A stretch of 54,612 bases of DNA, counting the filler, from Sphacelaria rigidula (Eukaryota), in assembly GCA_964200075.2 (NCBI GenBank). It is 5 parts of 5 records of this genome, joined end to end, with 100 filler letters (N's around TTAATTAATTAA, not from the genome) between each part and the next. Parts side by side here need not be neighbours in the genome. Positions count along the whole stretch, not along the records: positions 32,830 to 43,671 come from CAXNAA020005818.1; positions 43,772 to 54,612 come from CAXNAA020005819.1; 3 more parts are not named here. One strand, given 5' to 3'. This document shows, one piece after another, positions 36,101 to 47,800 of this stretch (positions within the stretch are counted from its first letter, which is position 1; every line of letters begins with the position of its first letter). Position numbers and translations under genes: made by a program. The notes under the pieces were generated by a model. That model was given only the letters and a program-made list of their open reading frames with translations. It did not search any database and had not been told where the DNA came from.

Positions 36101-39100
36101 GTCAGACATACGGGCCGTGCCAGCGCTGACTCCTTGGCGTCTTCGACCGGGGTAGCAGTAGACGACAGCGCCCGCGATCGGGATTTCACCGCTGGGGCCA
36201 CAGTAGAGGCAAGGTATCGTGGGCGATCCCGCTGGCTGAAAGCTAGAATAGAGAGGAAGAACCGGGATGGGACATACTATCTTGTGTACGTCGACGGCGA
36301 CGAGGAGAGGGCGGTAGAGAAAGAGTTCATCCGTTTGCCGGCGGCGAAACGACCCAGTATTAGAGATGCCGCTCGACGGACTGCATCAGGTACAATGTCT
36401 ACTTTGGATACACTTCTCAGGGTCGGCGATACCATCGAGGCTCGGTACAAAAGAGGCTCAAAATGGTACCCGGGGGTTGTTCATGCGGCAAATCGAGGAG
36501 GTACGTATGACATCCGGTACAGTGGCGGAGATACGGAGTACGACGTTGATGCAAGCATGGTGAGGTCCGCGAGTGCGTTGACTCTGTCATCGACGGAGGC
36601 TGACGAAAAGTATGCGGACAACTACAGGGAGGGCGACAGCGTGGAGGCGAAGTTCGGGGGGCGGTCTCGATGGTATAAGGCCAAGGTATCGCGCAAGAAT
36701 CGCGACGGCACCTACCATCTCATCTATGCCGATGGTGACGAAGAGCGAGCAGTCGATAAGAGCCTAATACGCAGGATCGGAGCCGACCGAGCGCAGGATA
36801 TCAAAGGCAGCAGCAGCCGAACCGACGTCAACATGACGCCGAATATTGACAGCGGCGCGGAAAGCGGGCGCAGCAAAAAGCTACGCGTTGGTGCCGAAAT
36901 CGAAGCGAGATATAAAAAGGGTGGGAGATGGTATCCGGGTGTAATACGAGCCGTAAACCGCGACGGGACATACGATATACGGTACCAAGATGGTGGTGCT
37001 GAGCGGGATGTCGATCCGTCATTAGTGCGCAGCAAGGGCGGGCAAAGCCTAAGCTCTCTTGAATCCGCAGACAACGGTGAAGGGTTTCTTGAGGGAGATA
37101 AAGTAGAAGCGAGATTTGGTGGTCGATCGCGGTGGTTCAAGGCGACCATACAGCGCAAGAACAGGGATGGCACGTACTTCCTGAGATACATCGATGGGGA
37201 CGAAGAGAGGTCTGTCGAGAAGGATCTCATTCGCAGGATTGAACCGCCGTCCGGTGATCGGGTGGTACAAAGTAGAAGTCGGAGTCCAGGACGCCGCGTA
37301 GTGTCAGGAGCCGCATCGGACGCAGAGTCCACTGTCAAGTCGTACCTCGTCGGGGATGAAATAGAGGCTAGGTATAAGAGAGGTCGTAAGTGGTATCCAG
37401 GGACTATTCGTGGCGTCAACAGGGACGGTTCATACGATATACGGTACAACGATGGAGACACTGAAAGAGACGTCGATCCTGGACTCGTGCGAGGAATGGG
37501 CACAGTGAGCGCCAATTCGCTCGCCACCGCTTCAAGCACAGCCGGAGGAGGAGTAACACTACATAGCGACAGCAGCAGTTTCGGACCGGGTGATAAAGTG
37601 GAGGCGAGATTCGGCGGCCGATCTCGCTGGTTCAAGGCCACAGTCGAGAAGGAAAACCGCGACGGGACGTACCATCTGTTGTATGTCGACGGCGACGAAG
37701 AGAGAAAGGTGACGAAGGACCTTATTCGTAAGATCGACGGCGGCGGTTGTGACAGCGGCTCAAGATCTGGCAGTAAAAGTCCCGGGCGACGGGTGATATT
37801 AGAAGCCGCTGGTGATTCGGACGTGGACCGCTCTCGGAGAGCGTCGCTTCGAGTGGGGGACGAGGTCGAGGGAAGGCAAGGGCGGGGGCGCACGTGGGTT
37901 CCTGGACGAATTCGTGCGATCAACCATAACGGTACTTACGATGTTCGGTACGATGACGGGGATTTAGAGAAATCCGTGAATCCTGAATTAGTACGAGGAA
38001 GAGGTGCCGACTCACGTTTAGGGAGAGATGTAGAGAATCGGGCGGACTTCAAGGTAGGGGAAAGGGTTGAAGCGAGGTTTGGTGGACGTTCTCGTTGGTT
38101 TAAGGCTACGGTGGAACGGAGAAACCGCGACGGTACATTCCATCTTTTGTACATTGATGGCGACGAAGAAAGAACCGTGGAGAGGGATCTCATTCGTAAA
38201 CTGGAGCCGACCAGACTTACTCGGGGGAAAGCTGACAGCCTCGACTCACTTGCATCAGTCAATGACCCTGTCCGCTACCGTTCTGGAGATCGGGTGGAGG
38301 CGAGATTTGGTGGACGTTCACGATGGTTTAAGGCTATCGTTGAGCGAGAGAACCGCAACGGAACATACCACCTGCTCTATGATGACGGTGACGAGGAGCG
38401 AGAGGTCGATAAGGATCTTATTCGGGGGTTGGAAGATCAGGCTAGTAGATCGGGCGGAGCAAGCGGGGCGAGGAAACCGTCTCCATCTTCGGGAAATAGG
38501 GGTAGCGGTAGCAAGAGTAAGCTGTATCGGGTGGGAGATGACATCGAGGCTAGGTACAAAGGCGGACGCAAGTGGTTTCCAGGGGTCGTTCGGGGCGTTA
38601 ACGACGATGATACGTACGATATTCGTTACAACGACGGAGATTCGGAGCGCAACGTTGAGCGCGGACTTGTGCGCGCAGCTAACGGCGCCAGTGTCGACTT
38701 TCATTCGTCGGCCGTAGACGACGGCCTCGGCGAGTACGCGACAGGGGATCGGGTGGAAGCGAGATTTGGTGGCCGATCTCGATGGTTCAAAGCTACGGTT
38801 GAACGCAAGAACCGCGATGGTACGTACCACCTCGTGTATGCGGACGGAGATGAAGAAAGAAACGTCGAGAGTAGTCTTATCCGGAGGCGGGATGAAGGAG
38901 ATCAACCACGCAGTCGTAGCATCGGAAGACGGAAGAGTTCACCAGGGGGCGACTCGTCTGGGGAAGAGCGCGGTCGGAGTGCCACCGGACATGATGTCGA
39001 AGGACGATCACCGAGAATCGATAAAGCGCTGCTTGTAGGTGATAATGTTGAAGCCCGTTTCGCCGGCGGCGCGCGGTGGTTTCCTGGTAGAGTGGGTCGG

Positions 39101-42100
39101 ATTCATCGCGATGGATCCTACGATATTACGTACGCAGACGGCGAGAAAGAGACGTACGTACCGGGGAAGTTCGTGCGGCAAGTAGTCAGCAGGAGTAGCG
39201 ACAGCGGGGGTAGTGGCGACAACGCCCGCAGACCAGAACGTGGGGGTCACAACACGCATGAGAAAGAACGTGGACATCTGATAATCGCAGGTGATCCCGT
39301 GGAGGCTCGTCTTCGCGGGAGATCCACCTGGCACAGGGGTGAGGTCACTCGGGTGCATTCAGACGGCACGTACGACATCCGGTATCAAGACAGTGGCGAG
39401 CACGAGAAACGGGTTGACCCAGGCTTTGTACGGCATCTCTTAGCAGGCTCCCGGAGTCGCGGGGCTAGTCGCAGCAGACCACGGGACAGTGAGGGTGCAA
39501 GGGACAGCTCGATGAGTGAGAGCGATTGGCAAAGACGTGGACAACGAGGAAGGTCGAGAGAGAGACGACGAAGCAATCAGAACAATAGTAGCTGGTGGGA
39601 AGAAGATGCGAGAGCGGCGGCCGTTATTGTAGCGGCGGGTCTAAGGAAGGCAAGAAAAAGCCTGGACCACCTCACACGGAAGTTGGAACGACGGCGAGGA
39701 CTCGGTGCAATTGCTCGAGGAGTGGAGTGCGATTCCCTTGGCGCTGTACTCGCCGACCTCGGCGTGAATCTCAACTCGCGAGAGATGCGCGCTATTGCCC
39801 ATCATTGCCAAGATGAGGATCTCGTCGGATGTATAGATACCTCAGCTCTCGCCTCCCTGATAAAGGAGCGATGGACCGGAGATCGATCGGCGGCGAAGAG
39901 AGCCCGTTCGTCCCTACGTAAACCACACCAAGGGGGCGCGCGGTCGACTTCGGGACACTCCCGTGGATTGCCTGCCTCTGAAGGCCGGATCGACGGATCG
40001 GATGGCTCACGTACATCCTCCGCCAGGGATCGTCGGGGGACACGTAGTGGAACGAGCAGCAGAGGCCGTCGCCGTCACGGTTCGACCTCTTCGTCGGGTG
40101 GGGGAGGCAGCTGTAGCAGTGGTTCTGATCACCAGGTAAAATAGCACTGTCATTTGCGTCCGTGAGAGAATAAGGTCTGATGACATGTGAGACAGGAATA
40201 ATTCCTGTATCTGATGGAAAACAGCATTTTAATTTGCGTACAAGAATATGTATAACTCTACAATGCATTTGCACCTATCTTTTGATCGGAAACAGAGAGC
40301 TAGGAGAGTTAGCAGAAGAGATCAAAAGACGAAAGAGGGATTGAGGTCGACAGCGGCAGGCGGGAAACATAAGCGGGGTGCGGCGGTGACTACCAGTAGT
40401 GAGCGGGACGGAGGGGGTAGTAGGGATATGTTGTCGGAAGGAAGCGATGGAACAGACGGAGGTGGGGAGGGACTGCTCAACAAGATAGCTTTGAAGGCTC
40501 TGCGGAAGCTGGAAGGCCCCGCATTTGACGGGAGTCTGCGACAAGCGTTCAACGAGCAAGCAGGCGGTCGCGGACGAGCAGATGGCATGCTCTCGAGGTC
40601 TCACTTGAAAAGGTGAATTGCTCGTGCCTGAAAAGGGCATAGGGTTACTAAATTGGTAGGGTATAGCGTTCTATTACTTGCACTATTTCTTGCAACATAG
40701 AGTGGTGAAGTCACAGCATGATAGTAGCGGAATATTGCGTCTCCCATATGGTAACTCGTGGTGTGGCATATTCAACGTATTACACACATTGTTTGATAAG
40801 CCAGTGCAGTTGTTTCCCTTGATACCGTGGGCCCTTTCGGCTGTTGTGGTTAGAGCGGTCCGCAAAAGCCACGAGCATGGGCGCCATATAGCAACTATTA
40901 TAACATGTCTACCATCTCGTGCCTTACAACCTCCAGCATTGTCATGTATCAATTCTTTTTTTTCCGAAAGGCTGCTGCGAAACTTGAGGATAACACCTGA
41001 CACGCCGGCAGTAGATGGGATCATGGCGTTGCTGGATTGTGATGGTGTTGGGACTTGCGGGTTAAGCGCGTTGATGGAGGCGGCGTTATGTCACCCCGAG
41101 GAGGAGGAGGTAAGGTCTATTCCGCAGGTCAGAGGTTTCGCTTGCATTTGTCCCGAGGTTCTCGATTTGTAAATCTGCGTCCGATTTATTTTCCCACTGT
41201 CGGACGGGAAGTCCTTTTCAAGTCCTCAGTCATGGTTCATTCATGTCGATATTTTAGGCATTTCCAGTTTCGCGCGATCCAAAAAATACGTCCATACTTT
41301 TACGAAAAATCAAGTGAAGCTGTGACAATAAAATGGGCCCTGGACGCAAGCCCGTGGAAGATTACCCTTTCTATAGGCTAGTGTCCATGGTATCACTTTG
41401 GTCGGTCGCCGTCTGAGGCTACATAGTAAATTAAACTACCAGGTTACCTGCGTGCGTCATTGTCTAACTGATATCACTGAAAATTTGACTCACCTAGTAT
41501 GCAAGTCCTGGGTACGTGTCTTGCTTCAAATCCGGGACTCTGTGGAGTATGTCACTATTGAAAGTTAGGTCATGATGTTGATTCAAAGTAGTGTTTGACG
41601 AAGACAACATTCAGTAGTAACAAACACAGTATGGAAGTTGTGTTGCTCTACATGCACTGCGCATAGCAGGCTATAACCCTCCTATCAGCTACATTTCTTA
41701 TAATCGAATACCTGCACGACAATTGCACGAGCCATAGTGATTTCGGAACAGTCCCAGCGTGAGCGAGGCGAGCAATGCAGGTATAAAGCGATATTACTTG
41801 AAAGCCGCTCTGCTGATATGCTGGGTGCGAGAAAACAGATTCTGCCGGTACAACTCGTCGCTAGCATCCAGAAAACAAACTTCTACTAGAAACAGAAATC
41901 TACACAGGTGGCCACTGGGGTGCCTGTAACCTCAAATTTGGACGTTACAGACCTTGTGCAACGTCTGTAACGTCCATATTTGAGGTTGCAGGCACCCCAG
42001 TGGCCACCCGTGTAGCCAAACCAGCACGTCATCTCTGTGTCGACAATGTCTCGTAGTTTACCCCGTTCGTTGTTCCATCTTCGTTTCTTCATCTCCTCCT

Positions 42101-43259
42101 CTTCCTCGACTCTCTTTTTGTGCGTGCGTTTCCTTTTTGTTTACCTTGGATGCGTCTGTTATGTGACCACGGCTAGATCCCTCCAGGATCAGTCAATGTG
42201 CGATATTCAACCAATCAATCACCGTTCAACTCTAGGAGCAACCGTATGCAGAAACCAATATACAAAGTGGCGCATTAGCATGCATGGACTCAAATAGACT
42301 CATGCGCGGCCACAGGGTGAAATGTATGTGAAGAGACGGTGTGAAGAGAGACGAAACAAATCGGCGAGGAGAATCACGTGATCGTGCGGGCGTTCGAAAA
42401 CCGAATGTTAGCCTCATCTACGAGGGCACCCTGGTAAGGCTGTGGCAGCCTTTTCCCGGGAATCGCATTCCACTGTCACTCAAGAAACAAGCCCTTCCTT
42501 AGCTTTCTCTATGTTTGTGTGAACAGTAAGACGGCGATATGTTGTGGTAGGTTATATCATCTGCTGGAATGTTGCACGCCACAGGATTCGCTGAGCGTGC
42601 GAAGCTAACGCGCAGAGTGAGGCTGACTGCCATGGCTTCGGGTCTCGCACGGAGAGTTTCGATTTGGGGAAACCCGCCTGCCCAATGCAGTGCAGAAACT
42701 CTCGCGATTCGGGCAAGATGTGTACCTGCCACTAGCCGGTGATTGATACATCTACAGCGTACGAACCCTTCGTTGGCACGTGCCGTGGGTTTAAAGTATA
42801 CGATCGCGTGCTCCTAGTAGTCGACGGAAGCATATTTTCCGGTTGAATCGAGTACAGAATACCCAAGCACACCTATCCCCTCCTCACCTCTCTAGCCACG
42901 TTTGGCGGAGTAGGAATGGGAGACTAGCCGTCAGTGATCCGTTCTCTCGAGGATATGCTGTCGATAGTCTCAAAAGCTACAGTAAGCAAAACATCAGTAC
43001 CCCCATCCCCTCCCGTACACTCCCTCGCTCGTACTGTTCCTCTGTCAACCAATGGGGGTTACGGCGTTCTCTCCACCTGCAGCTAGCGAAGATCCACGCC
43101 AGCATTCGTGTGAAGATCTTTGAGCCCATCGGCCGCGACGATAAGAAGAAAAATAGCAAGCAGGCGACAGCAGCTTGCAGTGTTGTCGCTAAGACGCTAG
43201 CTAAGATGGACCATCCCCGAGGCTCGGGTTTGCTTCGAATGGGAGAATTGAAGAAGCTC
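33151..43259 (+). CDS. Giant tandem Tudor/Agenet-like repeat protein (22 repeats) with C-terminal degenerate EF-hand-like pairs; partial gene, both ends outside the contig
   Basis: Phase-consistent exon chain read from the sequence: 33151-33336 (acttggacAG|...ag|GTGAGT), 34246-40135 (tcgcAG|...cag|GTAAAA), 40296-40612 (...ag|GTGAAT), 40971-41109 (ttttccgaaAG|...gag|GTAAGG), 43083-43259 (ctgcAG|...ctc|GTAAGT). Total 6709 nt, about 2236 codons. Repeats of the form (F/Y)xVGDxVEARx5-6W(F/Y)x(A/G)x(V/I)xxxNxDGTYxxxYxDGDxExxV fit the LBR/53BP1/PHF20-type Tudor (Agenet) barrel pattern. Confidence 0.85.
34246..40135 (+). CDS. 5890-bp internal exon carrying all 22 Tudor-like repeats (about 34262-39433) and a first EF-hand-like segment (about 39595-39870)
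   Basis: Stop-free frame within ORF 34091-40144, bounded by a CAG acceptor (34243-45) and a GT donor (40136). Both splice phases match the neighbouring exons. Confidence 0.9.
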
Positions 43260-43671
43260 GTAAGTCTGAAGCCCTGCTTGGCAGATGTAACGGGTCGAAT
43301 AACTTCCGGTAACAATGGTTTGCTTCTCTTGTGATGAGATATAGGCACTCTGCTTTTTTTTATCAACGAGGCCCGTGTAGTGTTCTCCATTTGCTGCGCA
43401 GTACGTAGGATCTCGAAGATAACCGCGCAAATGTAGCAGGGTCATATCGACACCTGTGTTGAGGCTGATGAAATGGGGAGATATCCCCGAAATACCGTCT
43501 GGACCAGTACCAGCAGTATCCTATGCCTAGCATACGCACCAGAGTTTCGCATACTCCATAGATCCGAGCAGGATCGATCCTCACAAATTGATGCCGTGAT
43601 AGCCCCCCCCCCCCCCCGTCTAGCACCTTGTCTATCTGTGTCTGTAGTCCTTCTGGTGTTCCTGAAATCCC

Positions 43672-43771
43672 NNNNNNNNNNNNNNNNNNNNNNNNNNNNN
43701 NNNNNNNNNNNNNNNTTAATTAATTAANNNNNNNNNNNNNNNNNNNNNNNNNNNNNNNNNNNNNNNNNNNN
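43672..43771. other. Artificial contig spacer
   Basis: N44-TTAATTAATTAA-N44. Confidence 0.98.
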
Positions 43772-44898
43772 AAGGGGCTCCTAACAATTCTAACGTCAGA
43801 AATTATTCCTGTACCCCTGCCGTAGCATCACTCTTGTCACCATCCATTCATGCGGCATACATGATACGTACATGATTCACGCCTGCCATTCAAAATATTG
43901 CCGGTTCAATAGCTCGCCTGCCCGGGCGCGGTGAAAACGTCAAGGCACGAGAGGTGTAGAATCTTACTCATGCGTGGAGTAAGTGCTTAGTTGTATGCAC
44001 GGACCAAATCGCACGGTTTTTACGAGAACGGCATGCCTTCTCGCTTCCTACGACGGATCTTTATGACATGAGTCGGACGCAAAAATTTCTAATATGCCAT
44101 TCATACGGAATGAATTAAACGTACGTGCTTCCCACCTCTTACCCACCATGCGGCGTGAACCAAGTGTATATGTTTCCCAGGGTGTCATTTGTACGGCATG
44201 GGTCCAGCTTACATGTTTCCCAGAGGTCAACATTATAACTTGAATCATACGTTCACGCTTTTCCTCCGTTATTCGGGCATGGATTATATCTGCATACTTC
44301 CCATTGGCGATTTGTGCGGGATGCATAAAATTGACGTTTTCTCACTAACGATTCATACAAGCGCTGGGATCCGTAGATTGTTTGAGCTCGTTTGTTGTAT
44401 GGCACCATTTGGGGCGTACACAACCCATTCGTAGTTCGTGCAATACTACCTCGATCATACTATTGTATGATTTGTGTGATGGCTTTTTGGCACATGAATC
44501 ACATGCAATATGCGTACAGAGTCAACTTATATGACCTCTGATTCACTAAATTTTTGCACAAGATCACAAGGCAATTATGGAAATGCTCGAGTTTTCACGG
44601 GAAGCGTTATCCTCACATCGTCTATCTTCGTCTTTGCCTTGACTGCCTTATCGTACTTTGCCAATTTCCGGCAGGCATAGAAAATAGCCACATCGCGCTC
44701 GGCTTGTACGCCGGTCAGATATCAACGACGACGCGGGTGAAACACATGCATGCAGGCGTCACGAACATGTTCCCAACTCGTCGATGGAGGCGTACATCGT
44801 CATTGGAACTGCCTGACGACATGAACAACACTTTCTGGGACGGAAACCCTGCTACTCAGTCCTTTTTCCAGCTCGAAACTTTGTGGACTCCCTCGCGT

Positions 44899-47800
44899 AT
44901 GATCCCCCCACGGTACCGCCCGGCTTCTGCTCCTACTGGCGGGAATCGAAACAACAGAAATGAGAGTCCTTCGCGCCGTACCTGTGCAACGTGGAAATCG
45001 TTCACGAACGAGTGTTCCAAGCTGAGTTCTTCCGATAACGTATACCCTGATGATATTCCAGCGCGAGAAGTGAGGAAGGCAAGTCGCGTGCTAGAGCTTC
45101 GATTGCGAGAGCTCGAAGGAGAAAATGCCCGCTTACGCCGCAACATCGTAGACAGAAGCTCCCGGGAGAAATATGAATGTATGGTCGACATTCAGCGACG
45201 AAACCTTGACGTGATTGCATCGCTTCGGGAGGCGAAAGACAGCGCGGAAAGGCGAGCAACGAATATGCGAACACGGCTCCGAGGTTTGAAGGCAAGGAGA
45301 AAAATAATACAAATGTTCCGTCGGAGTCAAGTCGTTCATCGAGCGCACTTGTTACCTATAAACAACCCACAGTCATATTGATTGATATGGAGAAAACCAC
45401 ACACGCGAGTAGATGCAGCTCATTTTGGAGTCGAAGGCCTCGACCTGAGTCATAACGCGGGCTACGCATGTCGAGCGAGCGCTCGGGTCTTTGAGACTCC
45501 TGGAGCACCGAATATGATGTTTCCACACAACTTCAACTGTGGTGTAACTATTGGAGCCTGGAGCTAAACTAGAGAAAAATCTTATTGACTTTGTCAAGCG
45601 CAAGGACATCCCGTCTATTTCATCGTTTACCTGGGATCGCCTAGATCTGATATGAAACTGATTTCAAACAACGCTCAAATTTTCTTGTGCATCATCATTC
45701 TGATGAGTTTGCGTCTTGACTTGTGGGAGCCTTCCACGCGACTCCAACATCGCTCTGCGTGCACTTGCTGATTGGTTTTGGCTTGCGTTGTATTCCCCGT
45801 TGCGTTTTTGGTAGCTTCACACCTGCACAGTGGGCCGATAAACGTTCAACATGAACAATAACGTCTTGAGCTGTTAACGGGTATGTGACGGCGATCTCAA
45901 TATTACCCCACTGCATTTGATGAGTCACGCCTCGGTAGTTGGTGGACTATCACCTCACTGACCATCGCTAACAGACCATTTGTGACACTCCTGACTGCCC
46001 ATCAGGCCATCACCGACAGTGCCACCGTGAGCTTGGACAACAAGGCTGAGAAACACGTGCCTCAGGAGCCGTCAGTGCCGGTTGTAGTAAACGTCGCACG
46101 GCCGAAAAGTGCACCTGTGATCCGCAAACCCGCTTGGACTGCAGCAACGATCCAAAATTATAATCCTCAGCCCGGTAGATCAATCGTCGAGCATATCTGT
46201 GGAGGTAACCACGAGAAGGTGCGGGGATATGCAAAAAAATCAAAGCTATGTGATGAAAAGCGCACGGCCAATGACGAGCACCGCAGTAGCGAAATATGCA
46301 AGCAGGGCCCTGCGGCTGAGTGCGCAGCGGCACCGAAACGATTGCTGGCACGGGAGAGGGAATCTGTCGGCAGGCGGCAAATCAGGGAGGAAGCTCGACG
46401 AGAAAAGGAAAAAACGGAACTTCTACTCTCTTCTGCATTTCGGGCTTCGAAGGTGATGCAGAAGAAGCCAAAAGGATTTGAACGAAAAACCATGAGTTAG
46501 GGTGGAATGTGAATGGGACATTCGTCCCTAAGAAAGTTCCCTTGCGGTGTGACATCGTTTGCTGGACTAGACGTTCTTTGTTAGGCGTGTCAGGCGAGGC
46601 TAGTGATTCGACGTCTGATGAATATCATATATGGTTTGCCTAAAAAATGTTCGTCTCATTCGTAAGAGCACCGGAACACTGACGTGGGTCTACCGATCTT
46701 CTCTACCCCGCCTCTTCCCGCTGATATGATAACGTATACTACATTTGGAAGCTTTACCCCTCGAAGAAAACCCGCATTCACAAAGCGGGACTTGTTATTC
46801 CCAATATTGACCAGATCGCAAGACGGATAAACGTTGACTCTCGCTCACTAGATGTTGTTGCTGCTTGCAGTTGCCAGCCACGAGTGGTCCGGATTGGGCC
46901 ACGATTAAGGCAAATCAAGACCTAGTTCGGAAACAGCGCATGGCAGAGAGAGCCGCCCACGTCGCGGCCACCTCCTCCCTTCCTGCTCGCATGGCGCAGC
47001 ACGCCGCAATGGAGGCGATTGCCAAAGATCGCGCCTGTCCGAAGAGCCGACTAAGTACAGCCACGGGAGTGGAGGCTACGTTGAAGAAGATTCTGAAGAA
47101 GCCAGAACCTGACGAGATTGGGGGCATATTGGAGAAACGGCATAAACGGTAAGAATGCTTTAGGTTCATTGCTTAGTGTACGGTGGGTATCCGATGTACT
47201 TCGTACTGCGGTTGTAAATGGAGCGTGTTTGAGCGTTTCGGAATTTTTAGTACTACTTTGGGCAAAAATTGACGAGGGAAATTGGTTTTGCTATTTACAG
47301 GTAGGCGCGTATCTATCGTGTGAACACGTTCGTCTTGGCGCCAAGCATACCAAGCAAAATGTAAGGGCAGTCTCTCGTTGTGTATCCGACTATGTGAGAT
47401 GTCAGTGCGTAGCTGCAGCAGGGAAATCTCTCCGTTTTTCAGCTGTAAATATCGGTCTCTACGTGAAGGGCAACGAATGTCGCCGTCTCAAAAAGTCCAA
47501 AACAATCTTTCTTCATCGTCCAGTCGGTATATGTTGGACTCCGTTAACGGTTTCGCTGAGAAAGACCACGCCAAAGCAACTCCTACCTTCGAAAGTGGTA
47601 CTCATTTTGTTTCGACCGCTCGACGGGCATTATGAAGTCGGCAATCGAGGGACGAGGATCACTGAAAAGCTCAGTTCACTACCTTTCTTTACTTGTTCCT
47701 GGGTAGATCAACTTCTACATACATCTTCAGCATTTCTTCGTCGTGTATACCAATGTCTCACCGGCACACAGACGATATTATTCGTTCACACGTTTCGCAG

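Noticed and set aside
36724-37923. 399-aa minus-strand ORF and other antisense ORFs over the Tudor exon
   Set aside because: Shadow ORFs opposite a long repetitive CDS.
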